Shown: piece by piece, positions 39,464 through 48,785 of the stretch
How positions within the stretch are numbered: position 1 is the stretch's first letter
Layout: the number at the start of each line of letters is the position of its first letter
IMG/VR virus record: IMGVR_UViG_3300034101_003866
Span: 1-64,000 of that record
Direction: 5' to 3' (one strand)
Source of the DNA: a virus
Length of the DNA: 64,000 nt
The notes under the pieces: model-generated
Databases searched by the model: none
Told to the model about the DNA's origin: nothing
Seen by the model: the letters and a program-made list of their open reading frames with translations, nothing else
Program-made: the position numbers and the translations under genes

Positions 39464-40518
39464 AAATCAATTATTCAAGTCCAGTTAATAACACAGGTTA
39501 CGGATTAGCCTCGGTCAACATTTTACGAGAACTATCGAAGATAGCAGATGTAACTTACTATCCAATAGGGCAACCATCAGTTAATAATCAAAATGATCAT
39601 GACTTTATACTTTCTTTATTAAAGAAGAGGATGAGTCCTGATATTAATGCTGTTAATTTTAAGATCTGGCATCAATTTGATTTACTAGATCATATTGGAC
39701 GAGGAAAATATATTGCCTATCCATTTTTTGAGTTGGATACATTTAATGAATATGAAAAAATTAATTTGAAAGTTCCAGACAGCATATGTGTTAGTAGCAA
39801 ATGGGGTCAGGAAGTTCTACTTAAGAATGGAATAGATTCTGAATCATTCGTGGTGCCATTAGGTGTTAATAGAAATATTTTTAATAATACTATCAAAAGA
39901 ACTAGATCAGATGATAAATATGTTTTTCTAAATATAGGCAAATGGGAAGTTCGTAAAGGACACGATATTTTATTCTCATTATTTAATGAGGCTTTTCCAG
40001 ATCAAAAAGATGTTGAACTATGGATATTAGCATCAGAAAAAACCAATTCATATTCATCTGCTGATGAGCTAAAACAATGGAAAAATATGTATGGTTCAGA
40101 TAGAGTGAAATTATTTGATGGATTTGAAACTCAAGAAGAAATAGCCCAATTAATAGCAGATACTGATTGTGGATTATATCCATCAAGAGCAGAAGGGTGG
40201 AATTTGGAACTATTAGAAACCATGAGTATGGGAAAACCGGCCATAGCGACCAACTATTCTGCACACACAGAGTTTTGCACACAGGATAACTGTTATTTGG
40301 TCAATATTGACGAGACAGAAAAAGCTTTTGACGGAAAAGCATTTCAAGGTCAGGGGAATTGGGCCAAATTAGGCAATAATCAGATAGAAAATATTATTGA
40401 GCATATGAGATATGTTTATAATAATAAAATAAATACTAATCTGAATGGAATAGAAACGGCCAAAAAGTATTCTTGGGAGAATGCTGCTCAACAACTTGTG
40501 AGGTGTATTTCTAAGTAG
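39460..40518 (+). CDS. GT4-family glycosyltransferase
   Basis: TGYG, GKWEVRKG, PSRAEGWNLELLETMSMG, YSWE. Confidence 0.88.
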   Translation: MKINYSSPVNNTGYGLASVNILRELSKIADVTYYPIGQPSVNNQNDHDFILSLLKKRMSPDINAVNFKIWHQFDLLDHIGRGKYIAYPFFELDTFNEYEKINLKVPDSICVSSKWGQEVLLKNGIDSESFVVPLGVNRNIFNNTIKRTRSDDKYVFLNIGKWEVRKGHDILFSLFNEAFPDQKDVELWILASEKTNSYSSADELKQWKNMYGSDRVKLFDGFETQEEIAQLIADTDCGLYPSRAEGWNLELLETMSMGKPAIATNYSAHTEFCTQDNCYLVNIDETEKAFDGKAFQGQGNWAKLGNNQIENIIEHMRYVYNNKINTNLNGIETAKKYSWENAAQQLVRCISK

Positions 40519-40528
40519 GAGATACTAT

Positions 40529-41110
40529 ATGCCAATTCCATCACAAGATAAAGACGAAGACAAACAGAAATTTGTATCTCGTTGCATGGGCGACGAGACT
40601 ATGAAAAAGGACTATCCTGACTCAAAGCAGCGAGTTGCTATTTGCTTAGGACAAACAAAGAAAACTAAAAGTAGTTTTGTAGATCAAGTTTTTGAAATTT
40701 TAGGATTTATTACTTTTTTTGACTGCGGAGAGTGTAGTTCTTCAGAAGAATTAACTTCTTTAAACCTGATTGTTCCGAATAATGAGGATTATATCGAGAT
40801 ATCAGAAAATCCAGAAGATTATGATATTTCTCATATATTAGCTTCTGAATATCAAGGAAAAAAAGTAACACTAAACAAACCATTTAGAACTCCTGGAGGT
40901 CCTAAAAAATTTGCAGTATATGTAAAAAATAATAAAGGCAAAGTGGTTATCGTTCGTTTTGGAGACCCAAACCTATCCATAAAAAGAGATGATCCAAAAA
41001 GAAGAAAAAGTTTTAGAGCAAGACACAAGTGTGATCAGCAAAAAGACAAAACAACACCAGCATACTGGTCATGCTATCAATGGAGATCTAATAGTCCGGT
41101 TCAGGATTAA
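40529..41110 (+). CDS. phage hypothetical protein made of two modules
   Basis: N-module FVSRCM...QRVAIC; basic C-module VRFGDPN...RRKSFRARHKC...YWSC; GGTGTA motif and AGGAG RBS upstream. Confidence 0.7.
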   Translation: MPIPSQDKDEDKQKFVSRCMGDETMKKDYPDSKQRVAICLGQTKKTKSSFVDQVFEILGFITFFDCGECSSSEELTSLNLIVPNNEDYIEISENPEDYDISHILASEYQGKKVTLNKPFRTPGGPKKFAVYVKNNKGKVVIVRFGDPNLSIKRDDPKRRKSFRARHKCDQQKDKTTPAYWSCYQWRSNSPVQD

Positions 41111-41131
41111 CAACCAATAAGGGTAAAATTA

Positions 41132-41731
41132 ATGATTAAATCAATCTCAGAACTATTGCAAGAACACGAGGACTCAATGGATACAAAAGAACAAACACAG
41201 GAAGAATATATAACCCAAGAAACTAAAACCCCAGAAGCTGAAATACAAGCACAAGAAGTTCCCGACTATACTTCTGATAGTGTTATTGAATTACTAAAAA
41301 AATCACTCAATATTCACTGGCAACAAACAACAGTATTAACAGCCCAAGCAGAACATCTTGAAAGATGGGGCTATACAAAATTAGCTGCCATTATCAAGGC
41401 CGATTCAAGAGAAGAACAAGAACATGCTTCTATTAATATTAAGAGACTCGAATTCTTTGATGCTGATTATCAGCCGCTGACAGTAAGTCCTCCATCATGG
41501 AAAAGACATGACATGGTAGCAATGCTTCAATACAATCTCGATTCTGTTAGAGAGGCTTCCTCTGTAGAAAGAGCAACAATAGTTGCAGCAAGAGCAGAAG
41601 GAGATGAGATAACAGCCAATATGATGATTCCATTACTACAGGGTAGTGAAGACGGCATTGAACTATACGAAGGATATCTAAAGATTATTGAACAGATGGG
41701 TCTGGACAATTTCCTAAGTATCCAGGTCTAA
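41132..41731 (+). CDS. bacterioferritin-like protein with an acidic N-terminal extension
   Basis: RWGYTKLA, EEQEHA...KRLEFF, GDEITA, IEQMGLDNFL. Confidence 0.8.
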   Translation: MIKSISELLQEHEDSMDTKEQTQEEYITQETKTPEAEIQAQEVPDYTSDSVIELLKKSLNIHWQQTTVLTAQAEHLERWGYTKLAAIIKADSREEQEHASINIKRLEFFDADYQPLTVSPPSWKRHDMVAMLQYNLDSVREASSVERATIVAARAEGDEITANMMIPLLQGSEDGIELYEGYLKIIEQMGLDNFLSIQV

Positions 41732-41735
41732 ATAA

Positions 41736-42392
41736 ATGACAAGGAATAAATTACTATCTGAACTGAGTTCTGTAATACCTTCTATTAATATAGATAATAT
41801 CAAATATGCCACAAAGATGGTAGAAGATAAGGAAGTTTCAACGGTAATTGATTTTGATTATAAATCTATTCTTGATAATCCTCCTATAAATAGTAGCGGT
41901 TCTACATTAAAGGAATTAATTTACATATCAAAGATTACCAATAATAGGAACGATGACGATATTGAATTTGTTCATAAAATAGATAAAAATGCAGCGTCTT
42001 TAGTTATTGATTTTTGTGAGAATAAAAATATTAAATTCCCACAATCTGATTTTGATAATTTATATAATATTATTAAACCTCTTGTATTTAATACTAAAAA
42101 CTATTTTAATAGAGCAAGACCTTATCAATTGGCCAAATTTTATGGATTAACAATTGATGTTATTGAAACCGATACTCATCACACTCCATCCTATCCGTCT
42201 GGACACACGGTGTATGCTAGACTAGCAGGCAATCTTGTGTTAAGTTCTCATCCAGAGTTCAAATACGAATTGGATCAAATTGTAAACAAGAGCGCTTATG
42301 CTAGGGTTTTACAAGGCGTTCATTATCCTTCAGACAATTCGGCTTCAATTATTTTTACTGATTTTATTTTTCACAAACTATATAAGAGATAA
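41736..42392 (+). CDS. PAP2-superfamily phosphatase
   Basis: KNYFNRARP, SYPSGH, RVLQGVHYPSD. Confidence 0.9.
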   Translation: MTRNKLLSELSSVIPSINIDNIKYATKMVEDKEVSTVIDFDYKSILDNPPINSSGSTLKELIYISKITNNRNDDDIEFVHKIDKNAASLVIDFCENKNIKFPQSDFDNLYNIIKPLVFNTKNYFNRARPYQLAKFYGLTIDVIETDTHHTPSYPSGHTVYARLAGNLVLSSHPEFKYELDQIVNKSAYARVLQGVHYPSDNSASIIFTDFIFHKLYKR

Positions 42393-42397
42393 TAATT

Positions 42398-43102
42398 ATG
42401 GACAGAATTTATAATTTATTAAATATTGTCGAACAATCCTTAGTACAAAAAACAAATGAGGATGCATCAGCGTCCAATCTCAACACATCAATAGCAATGT
42501 GCAAACTTAAAGCAGGGGATAAAGTTAAAAATATCAATGCCGCCTGTATGCATTACGGTAGCGAGGGCATTGTTGAAACTATAGAAGAGATGCCAGAAAA
42601 TATAGGATACGTGATTGGTTACAAAACAACAAATGCTGGATCATCATGGACAGTGGATCAATATTTAAGAAAAACAGAAGACCAACTAAGCCTAGTAGAT
42701 TCTATTGATGATTATGGTCTGGCCGAAGAAGAAATGGAATCTCCAGAAGAAGAACTAAATGAATATAAAGAAGATTTTTTTGAAATGAGTGTTGGCTCAC
42801 TTAGAGCAATAGCCACACATGCTCAAGAAATAATGAATTCTTTGGACAATCCATCCGTAAAAGAAAACTTGACAGAGAGCTGGTTGCAGGGTAAGATCGC
42901 CATAACTGAGGACTACATGAGAACAATTCATGATTTTGTCATGTATGTCTCAGACTCTGACGATACTATATCTGCTGCTGACAAGCAAGGTCTTTGGGAT
43001 AACATACGAAAAAAGAAAGAGAGAGAAGGAAAGAAGTATAGACCAGCAAAGCCAGGAGACAAAGATAGGCCAGATCCAAAACAATGGAAAAAGCTGACAT
43101 AG
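42398..43102 (+). CDS. modular phage hypothetical protein
   Basis: SH3/KOW-like GDKVKN module, acidic linker, ESWLQGKI helical module, basic GLWDNIRKK tail. Confidence 0.65.
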   Translation: MDRIYNLLNIVEQSLVQKTNEDASASNLNTSIAMCKLKAGDKVKNINAACMHYGSEGIVETIEEMPENIGYVIGYKTTNAGSSWTVDQYLRKTEDQLSLVDSIDDYGLAEEEMESPEEELNEYKEDFFEMSVGSLRAIATHAQEIMNSLDNPSVKENLTESWLQGKIAITEDYMRTIHDFVMYVSDSDDTISAADKQGLWDNIRKKKEREGKKYRPAKPGDKDRPDPKQWKKLT

Positions 43103-43160
43103 TACGAAGTTAATAGGACTAATTGCTTAATTTATAAACTCAATAAAGGACATCTTGATT

Positions 43161-43757
43161 ATGGACAGACAGTACGACAGTCTAGATACATATATTAATC
43201 TAGCAAAGAAGACGATATCAAAATTCTGCCCCAAATTCTATAATGGATTATCAGCAGAAATGCTAAAGAATAATGATGCAATATCTGATGTTGCAACGGC
43301 GATAATGTATGCTGATTGGAGATTCGATCCAACCAGAACAGGTAAAAATGGACAAGCCAAAACCTTGTATTCTTATAGAAATCAATGTGCTATTTGGGCT
43401 ATTAAAACATATGTGACTAATAAATATAAGAAAAATACAGATTCTATTAGTCTTGACTCTAACTCCAAAGTATCAGATTTATCGATGCACTCGACCATAT
43501 CAGATGTAAAGGCGCCCGAACCAATAGAGATTCTAATAGAAGCAGAACAAACTACCAATTTAAAAAATACAATTGGGGATTTATTGTCAAATAGTAATCT
43601 ATCAGAAAAACAAAGAGAACAGATTAGAATGTATTATTTAGAGAATCACACCTTATCTCATATTGGTAAGAAATTTGGAGTATCACGAGAAGCAGTTAGA
43701 CAGAATATCAAAAGAGCCTTAGATATTATTAGATCATATGATAAATGCCAAGTTTAA
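43161..43757 (+). CDS. phage sigma70-family RNA polymerase sigma factor
   Basis: region-2-like RFDP...LYSY...WAI; region 4 LSEKQREQI...TLSHIGKKFGVSREAVRQ. Confidence 0.85.
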   Translation: MDRQYDSLDTYINLAKKTISKFCPKFYNGLSAEMLKNNDAISDVATAIMYADWRFDPTRTGKNGQAKTLYSYRNQCAIWAIKTYVTNKYKKNTDSISLDSNSKVSDLSMHSTISDVKAPEPIEILIEAEQTTNLKNTIGDLLSNSNLSEKQREQIRMYYLENHTLSHIGKKFGVSREAVRQNIKRALDIIRSYDKCQV

Positions 43758-44085
43758 TCTAGCCATACTGGTTTTAGACCCCTCTGTTAATAGATACAAA
43801 ATACTATCATCTAAAGCAGATGATTTAGAACTTCCGTATCTTGATATTGAAACTAATCTTGATATTAATTCTTGCTTAGATCATTTAGTATCTACAAAAA
43901 TAGATAAAAATGATTCATATCTTAATTTTAGATTAACAGATGTGGAACTATCAGAAATGCTAGAAATTTATTATCTTGTTTTTATAACCTATGAATCTGT
44001 TGTAAAAGACGGATTTTTACTAGACATACAAACTTCTCTTACAAGACTTCCAAACAATGCTAAGAAAATTCTTACACTACTTTAA
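43738..44085 (+). CDS. hypothetical protein
   Basis: overlapping operon ORF. Confidence 0.6.
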   Translation: MINAKFNLAILVLDPSVNRYKILSSKADDLELPYLDIETNLDINSCLDHLVSTKIDKNDSYLNFRLTDVELSEMLEIYYLVFITYESVVKDGFLLDIQTSLTRLPNNAKKILTLL

Positions 44086-44446
44086 ATTCTTAAAAACAAA
44101 GCAAGAACCAGAGACATTAAGCATTATAATTTCCTTAAAAAGTAATTATGATATTGATATACAATTTAAGTATCCAAACCTTAATAGTACAGATATAAAT
44201 AATATACCAAATATTGCAGAAAAGTATGCAGAATTATTGATCTATATTAACAGCAATCCGCTAAAATATAAATTATTAGATACAATAAAAGATAAATCAT
44301 ATAGGTCAGAAGACATTAAAGAAAAATTATTTTTTGATAATGTTATCTCTTTTTATGACCTAATTAGGCAAGAAATTAAAAAAGCCAATATTATTAATAA
44401 TAACGGCCCACTTATTAATCCAATGTCCGTCTTTGCAACAAAGTGA
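44057..44446 (+). CDS. hypothetical protein
   Basis: overlapping operon ORF. Confidence 0.6.
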   Translation: MLRKFLHYFKFLKTKQEPETLSIIISLKSNYDIDIQFKYPNLNSTDINNIPNIAEKYAELLIYINSNPLKYKLLDTIKDKSYRSEDIKEKLFFDNVISFYDLIRQEIKKANIINNNGPLINPMSVFATK

Positions 44447-44523
44447 TATTGGAAATCTGGACTTTTGATTTACTATAAGGGGTATAATGTCTTGTTCTAT
44501 CTCTGCTTGACGGGGGTTCCATA

Positions 44524-44964
44524 ATGGATAAAAATAATCTAATTATATGGCAAAAATGGCTAGACCCATTTGGATCAGATGATCCCGATGTTGATGAGTT
44601 TGATCCGTACACAGGCAATTATATAGATAGTGATGAAGATCTTGAGAAAGATGAAGAAGAGAATAGTTATGAAGAAATTACTAAGAAAAAAAATAAAGCA
44701 GTCAGAGTCATTGCTACTCCTATGGGAATAATACCAATGAATGAGAATACTGCTAGTGGAAAACTTTTTAATTTTTGGATGGGGCATACTAATTTTGATA
44801 TATCTAAAAAAATAGCACAGATTATAGAAAGAACAGACGGAGTTGAAACGCTGGATATTTTTACAAGATACAGATTCAGAGTGTCAATAGGCAAAGCCTT
44901 TGATGATTCAGAAACTATGAGAAACATCAATAAAACAATATATAGTGAGTTAAATAATGGCTAG
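44524..44964 (+). CDS. hypothetical protein coupled to the ClpP-like gene
   Basis: acidic N-terminal half; globular C-terminal half FNFWMGHTNFD...RYRFRVSIGKAF. Confidence 0.7.
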   Translation: MDKNNLIIWQKWLDPFGSDDPDVDEFDPYTGNYIDSDEDLEKDEEENSYEEITKKKNKAVRVIATPMGIIPMNENTASGKLFNFWMGHTNFDISKKIAQIIERTDGVETLDIFTRYRFRVSIGKAFDDSETMRNINKTIYSELNNG

Positions 44965-45619
44965 AATAAACACCAGCGATACAGAATTACAGTCTTTACA
45001 CTCATATAATATTGATATAAAGAACAGAGAAATATTTTTACATTCTCATTTTGGATATGATGAAGACGAAGCTGGTGTTGACTACAGATCGTCTGTTACA
45101 TTTGAAAAAAATCTACGCTTTCTAAATCAACAATCCGGAGACCCCGTATTAATACATATGCATTTACCTGGGGGAGACTGGGAGGACTGCTTAAGCTTGT
45201 GTGATACTATAAAATATAGTCGTTCTAAAACAACAATATTAGCATATGCTAAAGTTCAATCCGCTAGTAGTATTATTTTTCAATCTGCTAATCTAAGAAT
45301 ATTAATGCCAAATGTAAATATGCTCATTCATTATGGCTCAATCAGTATAGATGACGAACACAAAGCAGCAATTAGTAGCTTACAATGGAGTGAAAGAGAA
45401 TCAGCAAAAATGCTTGATATCTTTGTTGATAAGTGGATGAGTAGTCCAATGTCAAAAGAAAAGAATTGGAAAAAACCAATAGCACGAAAACATATTCAAA
45501 GTCAATTAGCTACAAAAAGTGATTGGATACTAACAGCAGAGGAAGCGGTGTATTATGGTTTTGCGGATGGTATACTCGGAGATAAGAAATATCCAACCAT
45601 AGAATCATTAAAAAAGTAA
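44957..45619 (+). CDS. clpP: ClpP-like (S14) serine protease
   Basis: REIFL, PGGD, VQSAS (Ser), LIHYG (His), DWILTAEEAVYYGFADGI (Asp). Confidence 0.82.
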   Translation: MARINTSDTELQSLHSYNIDIKNREIFLHSHFGYDEDEAGVDYRSSVTFEKNLRFLNQQSGDPVLIHMHLPGGDWEDCLSLCDTIKYSRSKTTILAYAKVQSASSIIFQSANLRILMPNVNMLIHYGSISIDDEHKAAISSLQWSERESAKMLDIFVDKWMSSPMSKEKNWKKPIARKHIQSQLATKSDWILTAEEAVYYGFADGILGDKKYPTIESLKK

Positions 45620-45623
45620 GACT

Positions 45624-46286
45624 ATGCATTTAGAATACTGCTATTATGATATAACTCTCAAAGATTCAGAATTAATAGATATTATAAATAAAGTTATTAA
45701 ATTTGATCTAAAGACCATATCTGTTCTTCCATCATATCTTAGACCGCTCAAGTCAATACTCTCAAGCACAGATATCGCAGCATCTGCCCCAATAGATTTT
45801 CCTCTTGGCACAATGGATCTAAAATCCAGACTATCTGTTGCTGAAAACTGTATTAAAAATGGAGCATCCATACTTGATGTTGTATGTCCAACACACTTAT
45901 TATGCAATAGAAAGTATGATAAATTTCGTGAAGACATAAAAGAAATGCAGAGCTTGTGTTCTAATTCAAATTTAGAGATTAGATATGTTCTTGAATATCG
46001 CCAATTTAGTTATGAGTTATTATATAAAGTTGCACAAATATTATATGATTTTAATATTACAACGATATATCCTGCAAGTGGATATCTAATTGACGATATT
46101 TCTGATAATATAACAGCCTCGGCCCTCATAAATAAAAAAGTGCCTAATATTAATATAATTTGTAATGGCAATATCTGGAACGATAATCAGATAAAAATGG
46201 CTAAAAAAAGTAAAATTTATGGTTTAAGAGTCAATTCCTTAAATGCCTTAGAATTGATAACAAAAGAAAACATAATAGAGAATTAA
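45624..46286 (+). CDS. DeoC (deoxyribose-phosphate aldolase)-like TIM barrel with the catalytic lysines apparently lost
   Basis: IDFPLG, GASILDVV, YVLE, YPASG, NGNI. Confidence 0.7.
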   Translation: MHLEYCYYDITLKDSELIDIINKVIKFDLKTISVLPSYLRPLKSILSSTDIAASAPIDFPLGTMDLKSRLSVAENCIKNGASILDVVCPTHLLCNRKYDKFREDIKEMQSLCSNSNLEIRYVLEYRQFSYELLYKVAQILYDFNITTIYPASGYLIDDISDNITASALINKKVPNINIICNGNIWNDNQIKMAKKSKIYGLRVNSLNALELITKENIIEN

Positions 46287-46350
46287 CCTTTTTAGGTGTA
46301 CTAGATTATAGATTTTAAACAATCTTCACAGAACAAAACGGAGATATACA

Positions 46351-46929
46351 ATGGCTATAGCTACATCAGCAGGTGTTAATTACACAATACAACCAAATCT
46401 AACAGGAAGCGGATCCAGAAACAATGGTGGTTCAGCCACTAGAGTTGGAACATCCGCAGAATTAAATAACGTTGCAATTAGCAAAGATACAACCGGAGTT
46501 GTTGGCTCGGTTGTTGTTGACGGAGCAGACACAGACAAGGCAATAAGCGGTGGAACCATCGCACATGATCATGTTAAACCAATTGTTGCTAAGGTCACAT
46601 CAGAAATTGCTGGCCTAGCAAGTACTGCCCTATCAACAAATGCTAATAATCCAGCTCAATTAAGAGCTATTAATAAGGTTGAACGTATCAAGGGTAATGG
46701 AGAGGCCACAGCTATCAGAGCCGGTTACTTTAATATATATACTGGGAAGTTCTCAACCAATCCAACCCCAGTAACAGTTTATCCAACCGGGGTTCCAACA
46801 ACTAACCAAGCATGGGTTGGCACTGACGATGCTGCCACACCAACCAGAAGTGCTCCTGGCGAACTTGTTTTCAGAACTGGTGCTAAGCTACCCGTTAGAG
46901 ACAGAGACTATTCTGCCAAGAACGGCTGA
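46351..46929 (+). CDS. putative virion structural protein
   Basis: Gly/Ala/Thr-rich; GGAG RBS; own GGTGTA motif (46295) and downstream terminator. Confidence 0.55.
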   Translation: MAIATSAGVNYTIQPNLTGSGSRNNGGSATRVGTSAELNNVAISKDTTGVVGSVVVDGADTDKAISGGTIAHDHVKPIVAKVTSEIAGLASTALSTNANNPAQLRAINKVERIKGNGEATAIRAGYFNIYTGKFSTNPTPVTVYPTGVPTTNQAWVGTDDAATPTRSAPGELVFRTGAKLPVRDRDYSAKNG

Positions 46930-46953
46930 TAGTAATAGAATAAAATCTAAGTT

Positions 46954-46997
46954 AAAAGAGCAAAGCCATCAATTATGTTGTTGGCTTTTTGCTTTTT
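46954..46997 (+). terminator. Rho-independent terminator
   Basis: aaaagagcaaagccatcaa-ttatg-ttgttggctttttgcttttt imperfect stem with T-run. Confidence 0.65.
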
Positions 46998-47038
46998 AGT
47001 GTATCTAATAATACCGCCACAATAAAAGGGTTTTAATT

Positions 47039-47359
47039 ATGAGTGATACCATAGTTCACTTTTGGGAAAGCATAGCCACTACTAGTATTGGTATCATTAT
47101 TACTATGATTGGTTTTTGGGTGGCAATAGGCAAAAATATGGCCACAAAGTCAGAAGTTGCTGAAATGATAGAAACAAAATCTCCATATTTACATGATAGA
47201 CAGTTTATTATGGAAAGGCTTGCTGTGAACAAAGAAACACAGGCAGCATTAACAAATATGTTGCAACGCAATACAGAAGTTATGAATGAACTTAAAATTC
47301 AAATAGCAACACTTGGTAAAACATTAGAAGCACTAGAAGAAAGAATAGAAAGAACTTGA
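47039..47359 (+). CDS. membrane protein with coiled coil (holin/spanin-like architecture)
   Basis: one N-terminal TM helix, C-terminal heptad repeats. Confidence 0.6.
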   Translation: MSDTIVHFWESIATTSIGIIITMIGFWVAIGKNMATKSEVAEMIETKSPYLHDRQFIMERLAVNKETQAALTNMLQRNTEVMNELKIQIATLGKTLEALEERIERT

Positions 47360-47367
47360 GGTAAAAT

Positions 47368-47559
47368 ATGGCAATCGATATTGAACTAATAAATACTAAT
47401 AATCCAATTAAAAACGGAACAACTGTAACAACCTGTTCGTTCTCTGGTAAATATAATACTATCAATACATATGTTAACAATACTCCGATAATAGCAGATA
47501 TCGAATCCAAATATGATGAATTGTTTGATGATATCACATACTATATACTAGGTAGTTAA
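47368..47559 (+). CDS. hypothetical protein
   Basis: GAGG RBS; 63 aa. Confidence 0.55.
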   Translation: MAIDIELINTNNPIKNGTTVTTCSFSGKYNTINTYVNNTPIIADIESKYDELFDDITYYILGS

Positions 47560-47561
47560 TT

Positions 47562-48785
47562 ATGACTACTAATCGTTTTGCTTTAACGTCTGACATAAAT
47601 GAGCTTCCATCTTCTGTTTCTGTAAGTGGTAGTGATCTATTCGCCTTCTCTGATGATCCCGCCTCTGCAACAGTAACCAGAAAAATTACTTTTAGTGGCA
47701 TAAGAACTTCAATATTTAATCAGCCAACAACTCTTCAATTGAGACAAGGCACAAATACAGAAAGAACATATATTACTCCATCTAGTGGAGAACCAATATG
47801 GACCACAGATAATAAAAAATTATTTGTTGGAGATGGATCCGCAGTTGGAGGAATTCTTGTAGGGCCATATACTCCTCCAGAACTTACAAATGGCAACTCA
47901 AATAGTGGCACTCTTTCTATTATTTGTGGAGGAACAGGCAATAATATAGCTAATGGATCTATATATAGTAATATTAATGGGGGTTTAACTAATTATGGTA
48001 GTGGAGTTTCGTTTTGCATAGCGGGAGGAAGCAATAACAGCATAGGAACAAATGGTTCTTATTGTGCTATTGGTGGGGGTCAAAATAATAATATTCAATC
48101 ACAACATTCTACAATAGCAGGAGGATTATCAAATATAATAGGAACAATCGTCCCATATTCAACAATAGGAGGAGGAATCTCCAACAGGTCTTATGCTACC
48201 GGTGTAACAATATGCGGCGGAGCGCTCAACATTTCCTACAATACATATGGAACCATATGTGGTGGTTTTTCTAACCATATTTATGGTAATTATGCAACAA
48301 TTATAGGAGGAAATTCTGCTAAAGCAACACTTTATGGGCAAGTTTCTCATGCCGCCGGACATTTTGCTAATCGCGGAGATGCTCAACATACTACTTTAAT
48401 AGCACGACAAGAAACATCTGACACAACAGATACTGTGCTAACACTCGACGGTCTAGCCCCATCTGTTGACAACACTATACTGCTCACAGCCAAAACTTGT
48501 TGGATGTTTACAATTAAAGTAAGTGCATATAATGATTCAGACAACATTGGGGCGTCATGGCTCCTAAAAGGAGGAATAAGAAGAAATAATTCCAATCAAA
48601 CAACTTTAGTTGGAAATGTAACATCAGAAAGCTGGATAGAAAGTGGAATGTCTGGAACATCAGTCTCAGTAACAGCAAACAATACCAGTGACACACTAGA
48701 AATAACAGCAAAAGGATTGGCTGGCAAGAATATTCGCTGGGTAGCATTACTTGATATTTGCCAAGCAAGCTATGGTGTTCCATGA
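47562..48785 (+). CDS. tail fibre/spike-like protein
   Basis: Mtd-N/hyaluronidase-like LQLRQGT...GEPIWTTDNKKLFVGDG; GGxxN beta-helical repeats; C-terminal NIRWVA domain. Confidence 0.75.
   Translation: MTTNRFALTSDINELPSSVSVSGSDLFAFSDDPASATVTRKITFSGIRTSIFNQPTTLQLRQGTNTERTYITPSSGEPIWTTDNKKLFVGDGSAVGGILVGPYTPPELTNGNSNSGTLSIICGGTGNNIANGSIYSNINGGLTNYGSGVSFCIAGGSNNSIGTNGSYCAIGGGQNNNIQSQHSTIAGGLSNIIGTIVPYSTIGGGISNRSYATGVTICGGALNISYNTYGTICGGFSNHIYGNYATIIGGNSAKATLYGQVSHAAGHFANRGDAQHTTLIARQETSDTTDTVLTLDGLAPSVDNTILLTAKTCWMFTIKVSAYNDSDNIGASWLLKGGIRRNNSNQTTLVGNVTSESWIESGMSGTSVSVTANNTSDTLEITAKGLAGKNIRWVALLDICQASYGVP

Noticed and set aside
43738-44085. Possible Nudix-fold protein
   Set aside because: Only a vague secondary-structure resemblance; no Nudix box
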